Positions 11,621-21,818 of a stretch of 64,000 nt of DNA are shown here, piece by piece. The notes beneath the pieces are model-generated. The model saw nothing but the letters and a program-made list of their open reading frames with translations. It ran no database searches and had not been told where the DNA came from. The DNA is from Candidatus Obscuribacteraceae bacterium (GTDB lineage Bacteria > Cyanobacteriota > Vampirovibrionia > Obscuribacterales > Obscuribacteraceae): positions 608,001 through 672,000 of the forward strand of contig JBGAHS010000004.1 of assembly GCA_044226015.1 (NCBI GenBank). The letters run 5' to 3'. How positions within the stretch are numbered: the first letter of the stretch is position 1; each line of letters opens with the position of its first letter. Both the position numbers and the translations under genes were made by a program.

Positions 11621-12868
11621 CTAGGATACGGCTGCGCTTTGTTCTTTTGCGGCATTACTTTTGTTTTCGTCTGAAGCTGAGCCATCAATTGCTTTTGATG
11701 TGTGAACCACGTAGCTTCTGCCTTTCCAGCTGACCTTGTTGCCGCTATGAACAAGAAAAGCGGAATGCAAATAGAGCATTGAAACGGCTATGCTTCCGAT
11801 TGGAAGTAAGAAGAAATGCCGCCAGTCCACACCGATGTAGTGTTCTGAGCAGCGTCTATACCATGCTACGAGTAAGGCAAACTGACAGGCAGTAAAGGAA
11901 GCTAGAGTCAGTAATGTCTGAACTGATTCGCCTGCGCAAAGCTTTTCTAGCAGAATGGCGGTGGAGACGAAAGGCGCAAGAATAGCTATGTTTAGCAAGA
12001 CGAGAACAGTAAGCAAGTAACTTACGTTGCAATCAATAAGAGCGTAGAGATTTTTTGTCCAGCCGTGCCACAACGAAACAAGATCAGTGTACATTCGAAC
12101 TTTATACAGTAATCTTCCGTCTGCTGAAGTGATGTGGTAACCGTGTTTCTTAGTTACTCTTGCCAGGCTGATGTCATCGAGAATCTGGTCGTGAACGCTT
12201 TCGTGTCCACCTACATGTTCGTAGACATCGCGGCGGACAAGTATGTATTGTCCGTAAGCGTATGCTCGTTCGTTTGTGTGTTCGTTTATTGTGTTGAGTG
12301 GATCTCCGCACAAAAACGAACCAAGCAGAACTGGCATCACAGCTTGTTCCCAGAAGCTGTAAAGTTCTTGAACCGGCATGAAGGATATCAACTCAGCTTT
12401 ATTATCGACTGCGTAGGACATTGAATAGCGCAGTGAATTCGGCGTATGGCAGGTGTCTGCGTCAGTGAAAAGGAACCAATTCGATTGCGGAGATGCGTGC
12501 TTAACTGCTTGTACCAGGGCGCTGCACTTTCCTAGCCATCCAGGAGGTGCTTCCTTCCCTTGAATGCATTTCACACGTGGATGTTTTTCCGAAATTGATT
12601 CAATGATTTCGCCTGTTGCATCCGTCGAACGATCATTAACTGCGATTACCTCATAGTTGGGGTAATCTTGCAACGCTAATGATTCCAGGCAGCGTCGAAT
12701 TTTACCTTCTTCGTTTCGGGCTGGAACTATCACAGTAACAAAAGGCAGATCATTGGCTGGCAGAGAACGAGCTGGCAGTCTTCTGAAGTAATGGAAAAAA
12801 AGGAAGGTGAGGCCGGCGAGTACTGCCGACAAAAATGTCTCTAAAATAAAGAAGGAAATTAGCGACAT
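11621..12868 (-). CDS. Membrane-associated GT2 glycosyltransferase (CrtQ/HpnB-like subgroup)
   Basis: VTVIVPARNEE, VNDRSTDAT, PPGWLGK, FLFTDADT, GQYILVRRDVYEHVGGH, ILDDISLAR, C-terminal TM helices and WKGRSY. Confidence 0.88.
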   Translation of the reverse strand: MSLISFFILETFLSAVLAGLTFLFFHYFRRLPARSLPANDLPFVTVIVPARNEEGKIRRCLESLALQDYPNYEVIAVNDRSTDATGEIIESISEKHPRVKCIQGKEAPPGWLGKCSALVQAVKHASPQSNWFLFTDADTCHTPNSLRYSMSYAVDNKAELISFMPVQELYSFWEQAVMPVLLGSFLCGDPLNTINEHTNERAYAYGQYILVRRDVYEHVGGHESVHDQILDDISLARVTKKHGYHITSADGRLLYKVRMYTDLVSLWHGWTKNLYALIDCNVSYLLTVLVLLNIAILAPFVSTAILLEKLCAGESVQTLLTLASFTACQFALLVAWYRRCSEHYIGVDWRHFFLLPIGSIAVSMLYLHSAFLVHSGNKVSWKGRSYVVHTSKAIDGSASDENKSNAAKEQSAAVS

Positions 12869-13046
12869 GCCTTCATTTCTCTATAGCTTTCCAGCTTATA
12901 TCGTCGCATACATCAGCGGATTGCGCCCGAGAATGTCCTTATGGATCCAAAGGATGGAGGCTATTGCAGGGTTTTGCGGAAGCTTAAACGTGTATCAGCA
13001 AGTATTGTCCAGACGGCAAAATATTAAAAGCATGGCTGAGATATGT

Positions 13047-13544
13047 TTATTGTATGCTTCCCGCTTGAAAAGATTTGCTGGATAGTAAAACGATCGCTTG
13101 TGCGGCGACGGCTTCGTTTCTTCCAATTTCACCGAGTTTTTCATTAGTCTTTGCTTTTACGCTGACTTGGTTAAGCTCAAGGTGAAGCGCTTCGGCAAGT
13201 CTTTTGCGCATTGAATCATAATGAGGAGATAATTTCGGTCTTTCGCAAATTATGTTTGAATCAATGTTTTCGATTCTGTATCCCTTTTCTGAGACTGCAT
13301 CGAAGACCTTCTTTAGCAATTCAATACTGTCAGCGTTTTTGAATGCAGCGTCAGCAGGTGGAAACCAAATTCCGATATCTCCCATGCAGGCGGCACCCAG
13401 GAGGGCGTCAGCGATTGCATGGGAGAGTGCATCACCATCTGAGTGACCTTCAGGTCCCCATTCAGATTCTATCGTGATACCGCCCATGATGAATGGGCGT
13501 CCTTTCACCAGGCGATGCAGGTCGTAACCGATGCCAATTCTCAC
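13047..13544 (-). CDS. ispF: 2-C-methyl-D-erythritol 2,4-cyclodiphosphate synthase
   Basis: MRIGIGYDLHRL, GHSDGDALSHAIADALLGA, GDIG, VSVKAKTNEKLG. Confidence 0.97.
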   Translation of the reverse strand: MRIGIGYDLHRLVKGRPFIMGGITIESEWGPEGHSDGDALSHAIADALLGAACMGDIGIWFPPADAAFKNADSIELLKKVFDAVSEKGYRIENIDSNIICERPKLSPHYDSMRKRLAEALHLELNQVSVKAKTNEKLGEIGRNEAVAAQAIVLLSSKSFQAGSIQ

Positions 13545-15364
13545 TATTTGAGAACCAGCAAGAGTTGGTCAGATACTACTGTTTCACCGAGTTTAACTTT
13601 GAGGCTTTCAACCTTCCCTGGTCGATCTGAGAGGATTTCAGATTCCATCTTCATCGCTTCGAGAATCATCAACTTTTGCCCTTGATCGACTGCGTCTCCT
13701 TCATTTACCAGGAGTTGTTTCACAAGTCCGTGCATTGATGAGCGCACTTCACCTTCGACGCATTTAGCAGCGCCCAGGGTTGCTACTTCGCCGGTTCTCT
13801 TGCGTTCAGGTGCCTTAGCCTTTGGCGCTGCAGCTGACGCTTTAGCGGACACAACTTGTTGCACGGCTGTACCTTCTGGCACCAATTCTGATACCGCGAC
13901 TTTGAAGTGACGTTGATTTACCTCAACCTCAAAATTGCGAGGGTTAGTTCGTTCAATTTTGACTTCGCCACTACCATTGGTGTCAGCTTTTGCAGCTGTT
14001 GTTGCGGGAGCTGGAGCTTTCAACCTTGCTTTGAGTTCCTTTTCAACATAAGTCGTATAAACTTCGCCGGCTCGAAATGCATCATCAGCCAGTAGCTGAA
14101 GGTGGAATGGAATGGTTGTGGACAAGCCTTGTATTTTGAACTGTTCAAGAGCAATTCTTGTTCTTGTAATTGCTTCTTCTCTTGTGCGACCCCAGACAAC
14201 CAGTTTCGCTAAAAGTGAATCATAGAAGGGCAATACCTGATAGCCCTTGTAACAAGCGCTGTCTACGCGAACCCAGGGGCCAGTTGGCTCGACATATTCG
14301 GCCACCGTACCTGGTGACGGCATAAAGTTCTTGAATGGATCTTCTGCATTGATTCTGCATTCAATGGCGTGCCCTCTGAAGCTTACGTCAGCCTGAGTAA
14401 AGCTAAGCTTCTCGCCTGCCGCTATTAGAATTTGTTCCTTTACAATATCAACACCTGTTACGGCTTCGGTAATTGGGTGTTCTACTTGCACACGAGTGTT
14501 CATTTCAAGGAAATAATAATCACCGCCTGCGACGAGTCCTTCCACTGTTCCAGCAGATGAATAGCCGATGCTCTTTGCTGCCAGTACTGCGGCGTCAAAT
14601 GCTTTCTGTCGAATTTTGGGATCGAGTTTTGCTGCTGGAGATTCCTCCAACAATTTTTGATGTCTTCTTTGTGAGCTGCAATCACGTTCGCCGAGGTGCA
14701 CTACATTGCCGTGATTGTCTGCGAGAATCTGTACCTCAATATGACGTGGTCGCTCCAGGTATTTCTCAAGGTAGACTTCGCCGTTGCCGAAATAGCTGGC
14801 ACCTTCTCTTTGTGCTCCGGCAAGTGCTTGTTCCAATTCCTGTTCTTTATGCACTACGCGCAGTCCACGTCCGCCGCCGCCGGCGCTAGCTTTGAATGCT
14901 ACCGGATAACCATATTTGTTCGCCAGTGCTTTTGCTACTTCCACTTCTGTTACGGGATCTGTTGTGCCAGGAACTACCGGAACGCCAGCGGCTTCCATGA
15001 TTCGTCGCGACTCAACCTTGCTTCCCATTTTGTGAATGACTTCCGCACTGGGTCCGATGAATACCATGCCTGCATCTGCTATAGCTCGGGCGAAGTCAGC
15101 GTTTTCTGCAAGGAATCCGTAGCCAGGGTGTATGGCTTCTGCGCCGGCTCGTCTAGCTATCTCTACGATTTGTGGAATGTCCAGGTAAACCTTTCCCGGT
15201 TGACCTTCCAGCAGATACGCTTCATCTGCCAGGCTTACGTGTTTTGACAGGCGGTCTGGTTCCGAAAATATGGCGACTGATTTTATTCCTAGCTCATGGC
15301 AAGCTCGGATGACTCTAACGGCGATTTCGCCTCGGTTGCTGATTAGTACTTTCTTGAATGTCAT
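13544..15364 (-). CDS. Biotin carboxylase fused to biotin carboxyl carrier domain (acyl-CoA carboxylase alpha subunit)
   Basis: NRGEIAVRVIRAC, IHPGYGFLAEN, GGGGRG, ERDCSSQRRHQK, EMNTRVQVEH, YDSLLAKL; C-terminal EAMKME biotinylation motif. Confidence 0.95.
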   Translation of the reverse strand: MTFKKVLISNRGEIAVRVIRACHELGIKSVAIFSEPDRLSKHVSLADEAYLLEGQPGKVYLDIPQIVEIARRAGAEAIHPGYGFLAENADFARAIADAGMVFIGPSAEVIHKMGSKVESRRIMEAAGVPVVPGTTDPVTEVEVAKALANKYGYPVAFKASAGGGGRGLRVVHKEQELEQALAGAQREGASYFGNGEVYLEKYLERPRHIEVQILADNHGNVVHLGERDCSSQRRHQKLLEESPAAKLDPKIRQKAFDAAVLAAKSIGYSSAGTVEGLVAGGDYYFLEMNTRVQVEHPITEAVTGVDIVKEQILIAAGEKLSFTQADVSFRGHAIECRINAEDPFKNFMPSPGTVAEYVEPTGPWVRVDSACYKGYQVLPFYDSLLAKLVVWGRTREEAITRTRIALEQFKIQGLSTTIPFHLQLLADDAFRAGEVYTTYVEKELKARLKAPAPATTAAKADTNGSGEVKIERTNPRNFEVEVNQRHFKVAVSELVPEGTAVQQVVSAKASAAAPKAKAPERKRTGEVATLGAAKCVEGEVRSSMHGLVKQLLVNEGDAVDQGQKLMILEAMKMESEILSDRPGKVESLKVKLGETVVSDQLLLVLK

Positions 15365-15521
15365 ATTTGCGCTCTCTTTTCGTTCAACCTGTTTACAGCG
15401 TGAAACGACGCTACGTGCCAGGGTTGCTACCGGGCGTTATTAAAGCTAGCGCAAAAGGATCTAAAAGCTTCTGAAATTAGAAATCTCCTAATAAGTTTTC
15501 ATATTATGATGACCAGAATCT

Positions 15522-16418
15522 TTGTATGAGGACAGACAAGTGAGTTTCAAAAACGTATTTATTCCCGGTGCCGGTTTCATGGGCTCAGCTATCGCTTATC
15601 TCATTGCTTCCAAGACCGATGCCAAAGTGACTTTGTACGATGTGTTTCCAGAGTCTATAAAGAAATCACAGGCGACCGTAGAAAAGTACGTAAAAGGATC
15701 AGTGGACAAAGGGTTTATCAGCGCTGAGAAAGCCGCAGAGGTCAAGAAAAATATTAATTGGACCTCAGAGCTGGAAGGCGCATCTGGAGCGGATCTTGTG
15801 ATTGAAGCTATCGCCGAAGACGTTAAGCTCAAGCAGGATTTGTTTTGCAAGCTCGACGAAATTTGTCCCAAAAACACAGTGTTTGCATCCAATACATCAT
15901 CGTTGCCAATTACATCTCTGGCAGCGGCAACCAAGCGCAGCAGCCAGTTCATCGGTATGCATTTCTTCTCACCAGCTCATGTGATGAAGCTTCTTGAAAT
16001 CATTCCTGGATATGACACAAATGAAGGAACGATTGAGAAGGTCCGCGAGTTTGGTGGGCAACTTGGCAAGACCATCATTGCCTCCAAAGATATGCCTGGC
16101 TTCATTACAACCCGTCTTGGATTGGTTCTTTGTAACGAAGCTGCTTTCGCGCTAATGGAAGGTTTATCGACTGCCGAAGAGATTGATACTGGCATGACTC
16201 TTGGTTTCAACCATCCGATGGGACCGCTTGCGCTGGCAGATTTTATCGGTCTTGATATCTGCTTGCACATTATGGAAGTGCTGCACGAAGGTTTTGGCGA
16301 TCCCAAATATCGTCCATGCCCATTGCTTCGCCAACTTGTGAGTGCGGGACATCTTGGCAGAAAGTCAGGGCAGGGATTCTATAAGTACGAAACAGAGAAG
16401 GCTCTGGTTCACAAATAG
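15522..16418 (+). CDS. hbd: 3-hydroxyacyl-CoA (3-hydroxybutyryl-CoA) dehydrogenase
   Basis: GAGFMGSAIA Rossmann motif, VIEAIAE, ASNTSSL, GMHFFSP, HPMGPLALADFIGLD, GRKSGQGFY. The start may instead be the GTG at 15540. Confidence 0.92.
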   Translation: MYEDRQVSFKNVFIPGAGFMGSAIAYLIASKTDAKVTLYDVFPESIKKSQATVEKYVKGSVDKGFISAEKAAEVKKNINWTSELEGASGADLVIEAIAEDVKLKQDLFCKLDEICPKNTVFASNTSSLPITSLAAATKRSSQFIGMHFFSPAHVMKLLEIIPGYDTNEGTIEKVREFGGQLGKTIIASKDMPGFITTRLGLVLCNEAAFALMEGLSTAEEIDTGMTLGFNHPMGPLALADFIGLDICLHIMEVLHEGFGDPKYRPCPLLRQLVSAGHLGRKSGQGFYKYETEKALVHK

Positions 16419-16480
16419 TGCGCATGTCCTGACAAATCGGCATCTTATAGGATGCAGTTTGCATTTGTTGCGAGTATGAT

Positions 16481-16510
16481 TTGACACGAGCAATGTTGAA
16501 TCAGTACTCT
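16481..16510 (+). promoter_or_regulatory. Possible sigma70-type promoter upstream of hfq
   Basis: TTGACA (16481) - 18 bp - TACTCT (16505). Confidence 0.35.
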
Positions 16511-16598
16511 GTTATTGATCTGGTTGCAATGCGGCGGGTCGTTAAAAAATTGTAGGGAAGTCGAAAGACATTGAATTGCCCAAACTAACAGGCGGAAT

Positions 16599-16838
16599 AT
16601 GAATTCAGGAAACACAGGAAAAGGTCCAAGCGTAGCTGAGTTACAGCGAATTATTCGCGACAAGAGACCTGTCGAGATGATTCTGGTAACCGGGCAAAAA
16701 ATCCGCGGGGCTTTGAAATGGTTCGATGAACAAGCTTATTGCATTGTTCTCGATGATGGTGAATCCATAACTCTCTTGCGCAGCGCTGTAATTGGCTATC
16801 GCATCGTTCCTATGCCTGCTGCTAAGCCAGCTCAATAA
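16599..16838 (+). CDS. hfq: Cyanobacterial-type Hfq / Sm-like RNA chaperone
   Basis: PSVAELQRIIRDKRPVEMILVTGQKIRGALKWFD matches the Sm1 pattern of cyanobacterial Hfq; the enterobacterial YKHAI motif is absent (LRSAV). Confidence 0.75.
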   Translation: MNSGNTGKGPSVAELQRIIRDKRPVEMILVTGQKIRGALKWFDEQAYCIVLDDGESITLLRSAVIGYRIVPMPAAKPAQ

Positions 16839-16996
16839 CAAAGTTAAGTTACTGAAAAATTTGCTTGAAGCAGGGCTTCAAGAGGTTTTTGCACGGTCAT
16901 TTAACTGACAATCATGCTAAACTTAGCCAGGAGACCGGTACTTGCTGCGATCGCATATACGTTCTCTAGCTTTCAGATTTCCGAGAGGAGCTTGGT

Positions 16997-18028
16997 TTGT
17001 CGATGTTCAAGAAGATGTTCTCCCAGCAGATTGGTATAGATCTCGGAACTGCTAATACTCTTATATATCTAGGAGATAAGGGCATCGTGTTGCGAGAGCC
17101 CTCAGTAATCGCCATCGATGATGAGACGAAGACTCCGTTTCGTGTTGGTGAAGAAGCCAGAGCTATTATCGGAAGAGCGCCAGCTGGAGTGACAACATCG
17201 CGTCCGTTGAAAGATGGTGTTATCGCAGATTTCAAATGTGCGCGAATGATGCTTGAAGAATTTATTCGCCGAGTTACTGGTAGCAAGTCGTTTGTGAAGC
17301 CAGACATTTCGATTGCAGTTCCGTCTGGAGTTACTGGTGTTGAGCGCCGCGCCGTGCGTGAAGCTGCATTCAATGCTGGTGCGGGTCTGATTTACTTGCC
17401 GGAAGAGCCGATGGCAGCCGCCATCGGAGCGGGCTTGCCTGTTGCTGAGCCAACGGGTTTGATGATTGTCGATATTGGAGCTGGAACAACCGAAGTCGCT
17501 GTAATCAGCCTTTGCGGCATTGTCGTTAACGAATCTATTCGTGTTGCTGGTGATGAATTGAATGATGCTATCGTTCAATATCTCAAAAAGGTTCATAGTC
17601 TTGCAATTGGTGAACGCACCGCGGAAGAAATCAAATTCCGCTTAGGTTCGGCTTTCAAGACGCCGGACAACGATAAGTTTGAAGTTAAGGGGTTGAACCT
17701 GATTACAGGTTTGCCGCGAACTGCAATAATCAGCCGCGGAGAAGTTAGAGAAGCTTTGCAGGAACCTCTCAATATAATTGTTGAAGCGATTAAGCGAACA
17801 CTTGAGCGCACACCTCCGGAGTTGGCCGCTGACATTTACAATCGGGGCATTGTTCTTTCTGGTGGAACCGCGCTGTTGCGTGGTCTGGACGAATTGATTG
17901 CAAATGAGACCGAAGTTCCTGTTTTCCTTGCTGAAGATCCGTTATCTTGCGTAGCTGTTGGTTCAGGCAGAATGCTGATGGATCAAACATTCTCACGTGT
18001 CCTCGAACAATCTTTGTACCAGGGTTAA
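16997..18028 (+). CDS. mreB: Rod shape-determining protein MreB
   Basis: IGIDLGTANT, RPLKDGVIADF, EEPMAAAIGAGLP, VDIGAGTTEVAVIS, TPPELAADI. Confidence 0.97.
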   Translation: MSMFKKMFSQQIGIDLGTANTLIYLGDKGIVLREPSVIAIDDETKTPFRVGEEARAIIGRAPAGVTTSRPLKDGVIADFKCARMMLEEFIRRVTGSKSFVKPDISIAVPSGVTGVERRAVREAAFNAGAGLIYLPEEPMAAAIGAGLPVAEPTGLMIVDIGAGTTEVAVISLCGIVVNESIRVAGDELNDAIVQYLKKVHSLAIGERTAEEIKFRLGSAFKTPDNDKFEVKGLNLITGLPRTAIISRGEVREALQEPLNIIVEAIKRTLERTPPELAADIYNRGIVLSGGTALLRGLDELIANETEVPVFLAEDPLSCVAVGSGRMLMDQTFSRVLEQSLYQG

Positions 18029-18046
18029 GCCAGGGAGAGCACTGAC

Positions 18047-18865
18047 TTGCCAGCCCGCGAAGACAGTCGGCAAAGCCGTTTTACTGTAAGTTCAGCGACG
18101 ATAGCTGAAACAGCGATGCTTGCTTTGATTATTCTTGCGCTATCAGGTCCGATGAGCGGTTTTATTGCTTGGACGCAAACCACCCTTTCCTCGATGATGA
18201 GCAAGGGAGCAACTCAGTATGAGTCGACTAAGAACCTTGCTGAAAAGCTTCTGGCAGACCGCGAGAAAATCAAAACTATCGAGAAAAAAGTCGCGGATCT
18301 CGAGTTGGAGAACACCAAGCTTCGACAAGAAGCGAAGGATGTTAATAAACTGCGTTCGTTGCTTTCATTGAAGCAGAGCATCAGTCGACAGACTGTCGGA
18401 GCTGATGTAACCGGCCGTAGCCCAGACAATTGGTTTGAGCAAGTTACTATCGACAAGGGAAGCAAGAACTCTACCATTCTCAATGGTTCGGCTGTCATCA
18501 CAGCTCAGGGTGTCGTAGGGCAAGTAGTAAAAGTCGAAGACAATACCAGTGTAGTTCGTCTCGTTACAGACCCGCAGCAAAATCTTGGTGTTGTGATTCA
18601 GCGCATAAACATTCCTGGTGCACTGAAGGGGAATTACAAGAATCCACCTATCGTCAAATATGTGCCAGTTGGTACAGCTGTTGATGTGGGTGACAAAATT
18701 GTTTGCACCGGTGATGGTGGCGTCTTCCCTCAGGGACATCCTGTGGGCACTGTAGCTTTAGTCAGGCGCGACACTAACGGAACAACGCTTGATATTGAAG
18801 TTAAACTTGCCGACAACCTGTACGATTTGACGCACGTGCTGGTTGTGCCACCAGTTGGAATTTAG
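18047..18865 (+). CDS. mreC: Rod shape-determining protein MreC
   Basis: TM segment, coiled coil, IDKGS..GVVGQV..VRLVTD, GGVFPQGHPVG; follows mreB. Confidence 0.92.
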   Translation: MPAREDSRQSRFTVSSATIAETAMLALIILALSGPMSGFIAWTQTTLSSMMSKGATQYESTKNLAEKLLADREKIKTIEKKVADLELENTKLRQEAKDVNKLRSLLSLKQSISRQTVGADVTGRSPDNWFEQVTIDKGSKNSTILNGSAVITAQGVVGQVVKVEDNTSVVRLVTDPQQNLGVVIQRINIPGALKGNYKNPPIVKYVPVGTAVDVGDKIVCTGDGGVFPQGHPVGTVALVRRDTNGTTLDIEVKLADNLYDLTHVLVVPPVGI

Positions 18866-18883
18866 AAACGGAGGACGATAAAA

Positions 18884-19543
18884 ATGGCAATCGTCTCCAT
18901 GCGTTCTAAGCGAAGAGTCCTGGAAATCGCTGTTGCAGCATTCCTTTGTTTTCTGGCTTTCTTGATGCAGCTTTTGGCGCTGAACTATTTTGGTATTCAT
19001 GGCTCAATCTGCAACCTGCCTTTGACTTTGACGATTGTTTGGGGATTAGTCTTTGGCAGCAGTATGCGAAATTTGACTGCTGTTCAATTGCGAAAGAAAA
19101 GTTTTCGCGAGATTTTTTCGCACCAGCTTGCTTCAGGATCGCACAGTGCATTCCTGATCGGTTGGCTTTTTTCCTGGCTCTTTAATTCGATTATGCCTGT
19201 CTATCCAGTTTACTTTCCACTGACTGGTTGGATTTCAGGGTATTTTTGTTTGCGTGGTTTGGGTCAAGGTAATTTACTGGCGATTCCGATGACTTTCGTT
19301 CTGACGATTATTGCTGAAGCTCTGATGTCCTGGGAATTGTATCTGCTTTATCTTTTCTTTCATCAATCAGCAAAGCCAGATGAAATGATTCAGCAGTTCC
19401 ACATAGTGTTTGATCACCTCAATACATTTATTTTGCCTGAAGCACTTTTGAATTCAATTATTGCGCCGTTCATCTACATCCCGATGCGCTCATGGTACGA
19501 CGTTGTTGAAGGCGAACGCTCGTCTTTTTCTATCGATGACTGA
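18884..19543 (+). CDS. mreD: Rod shape-determining membrane protein MreD (divergent)
   Basis: Polytopic hydrophobic protein between mreC and the class B PBP gene; called mainly by position. Confidence 0.7.
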   Translation: MAIVSMRSKRRVLEIAVAAFLCFLAFLMQLLALNYFGIHGSICNLPLTLTIVWGLVFGSSMRNLTAVQLRKKSFREIFSHQLASGSHSAFLIGWLFSWLFNSIMPVYPVYFPLTGWISGYFCLRGLGQGNLLAIPMTFVLTIIAEALMSWELYLLYLFFHQSAKPDEMIQQFHIVFDHLNTFILPEALLNSIIAPFIYIPMRSWYDVVEGERSSFSIDD

Positions 19544-19551
19544 GGTTTGTT

Positions 19552-21384
19552 ATGGTTGAGTCTGGGCTAAAGCAATCTAATTTTCCTCCGATTGAGCATG
19601 CTAAGTTCAAGATGTTCGTTTTGTTTTTCTGTGTTGGACTGGCGACTGTTGCGCTCAGTGCTCGCCTGGTTTGGTTGCAGATCGTGCAGAATAACTTTTA
19701 CAAAAACAGAGCGTTGGAGAATTCAACGCGCGTGACATTTTTGCGTGCGCCTCGCGGTATTTTATACGATCGCCATGGAACTATAATCGCTGCGAACAAG
19801 GAGACCCTGTCGCTGGTTGCAATTCCTCTGCAACTTGAAAATATTGATGATTTGAGCCGTCGGCTTTCACGCATTCTCGGTAATGTCACCGAGGCTGAAA
19901 TGAAGGAGCGCTTGGAGGTCGCAGCGCAGTCTGATTCGGTACTACCCGTAGTGATAGAACGCGACCTTGACCTGCGAACTGTTAGCGCATTTTACGACCA
20001 ACAATTCTTTCTCAATGGCGTAGATATTCTTCCGGACATTAGCCGAAACTATCCGCAGGGTGAATTGTTCTGCCACATTCTCGGATATTGTGGCGAAATC
20101 ACCGAGTCGCAATTGAAATTGCATCCCGAGCGAAAAATGGGAGATGTTGTTGGTCAGGAGGGCTGTGAGAAGTACTACGACCCTCAGCTTAGAGGCATCG
20201 ATGGTGAGCAGCGTATTCGGGTGAATGCATCCGGACGAACATTTTCTAAAGATACCGCACATCCTGTGGTCACTAAAGAAGCGCAACCGGGGTTGCCGAT
20301 TGTACTGTCTGTTGACGCTGAGTTGCAGGCTGCAGCAGCGCAGGCTCTGGGTGACCGTCATGGTGCGGTCGTCGCTTGTGACCCTCAGACTGGCGAGCTT
20401 CTGGCTTGTGTTTCTAACCCGAAGTTTGACCCTAATTGCTTCACTAGAAGAATCACACCTGCTGTCTGGAAAAAATTGAATGCACCAGACCACCCGCTCT
20501 TTAATCGTGCACTTTCTGGGTTCCCACCTGGATCTATCTGGAAAGCCATCACAATGCTAGCGGCTTTGCAATACAAAGTGGTGAAGCCTGATACGAAGTT
20601 GCACGTTAACGGTGGTCTTGCGTTGGGGAACTTTTTCTTTCACGATTGGACATCTACATCTGGATTGTTCGACCTCGTAAAATGTCTTGCCTGGTCACGA
20701 GACTCTGCTTTTTATCAGATGGCACTGCATATGACACCAGAGCAAATTCGTGAGTGGGGGCTGAAATTTGGTGCTGGCCGCCCCACTGGGATCGAACTAC
20801 CGCACGAGAGCACGGGTCTAGTGCCAGACTCTAAGTGGAAGGAACGAGTTTACGGAGAAAAGTGGTACCCGGGTAACACTTTGCACATGTCGATTGGACA
20901 GACATTTTTGCAGGTGACACCTATGCAAGCTTGCCGAATGTACGCGGGGCTTGGAATGAAGGGGAAAGTGCCAGACCTGCATTTGGTGATAAAGATTGGG
21001 GATAGACAGATTCCACCACCGCGCCAGGAAATCTTAAAAATAAAGCCTGAGTATATGAATGTTGTGTCCAATGGCTTGAAAGCAGTTGTTGCATCAGGAA
21101 CTGGTGGTGCCACCAGGTTGGGAAATGTGGAAGTAGCCGGTAAAACTGGTTCGGCTGAAGCCCCACCAGCTGGCAGTAAGACGCACGCTTGGTTTTGTTG
21201 TTATGCACCCGCAGATAATCCGCGAATTGCAATGTGCGCATTTGTTGAGCATGGTGGTCACGGTGGTACCGCGGCTGCTCCTATCGCGAAGGTCGTCTTG
21301 GAAAAATTCTTTGGAAAAGCGGATCCGAATGCGCCGCCGGCTGGTGCCTCTGCGCCTGCTCCGAAGAGAAGACGCCGCAGATAA
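19552..21384 (+). CDS. mrdA: Penicillin-binding protein 2 (class B transpeptidase)
   Basis: APRGILYDR, PPGSIWK (SxxK), WSRD (SxN variant), AGKTGSAE (KTG), HAWF; in the mreBCD operon. Confidence 0.95.
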   Translation: MVESGLKQSNFPPIEHAKFKMFVLFFCVGLATVALSARLVWLQIVQNNFYKNRALENSTRVTFLRAPRGILYDRHGTIIAANKETLSLVAIPLQLENIDDLSRRLSRILGNVTEAEMKERLEVAAQSDSVLPVVIERDLDLRTVSAFYDQQFFLNGVDILPDISRNYPQGELFCHILGYCGEITESQLKLHPERKMGDVVGQEGCEKYYDPQLRGIDGEQRIRVNASGRTFSKDTAHPVVTKEAQPGLPIVLSVDAELQAAAAQALGDRHGAVVACDPQTGELLACVSNPKFDPNCFTRRITPAVWKKLNAPDHPLFNRALSGFPPGSIWKAITMLAALQYKVVKPDTKLHVNGGLALGNFFFHDWTSTSGLFDLVKCLAWSRDSAFYQMALHMTPEQIREWGLKFGAGRPTGIELPHESTGLVPDSKWKERVYGEKWYPGNTLHMSIGQTFLQVTPMQACRMYAGLGMKGKVPDLHLVIKIGDRQIPPPRQEILKIKPEYMNVVSNGLKAVVASGTGGATRLGNVEVAGKTGSAEAPPAGSKTHAWFCCYAPADNPRIAMCAFVEHGGHGGTAAAPIAKVVLEKFFGKADPNAPPAGASAPAPKRRRRR

Positions 21385-21387
21385 ACC

Positions 21388-21799
21388 GCTTGCGTAGATA
21401 AACACGAATCCGAACTGAAGCGGTACCGTTTGAGCAGTGGAACAGAAGCGGTACCGATTGCGTTGTGATTTGCCCTTGGCAGAAAAACCGTATGTGTAAG
21501 AAAACTGCTTGCGTAGATAAACACGAATCCGAACTGAAGCGGTACCGATTGAGCAGTGGAACTGAAGCGGTACCGCTTGCGTTGTGATTTGCCCTTGGCA
21601 GAAAAAACGTATGTGTAAGAAAACTGCTTGCGTAGATAAACACGAATCCGAACTGAAGCGGTACCGTTTGAGCAGTGGAACAGAAGCGGTACCGTTTGCG
21701 TTGTGATTTGCCCTTGGCAGAAAAAACGTATGAGTAGAAAAATCGCTTACGCACCTAAACATGAATCCGAACTGAAGCGGTACCGATTGCGTTGTGATT
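21388..21799. repeat. 119-bp tandem array (~3.4 units), two CGGTACCG-core motifs per unit
   Basis: GGTACC at 21422, 21541, 21660, 21779 and at 21450, 21569, 21688 (period 119, internal offset 28). Confidence 0.95.
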
Positions 21800-21818
21800 C
21801 GCTCTAGTCCGGAAAAAC

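Noticed and set aside
16946..16954. Cyanobacterial HIP1 (GCGATCGC) enrichment
   Set aside because: Only a couple of sites were noticed (near 16947 and 56700); no obvious over-representation.
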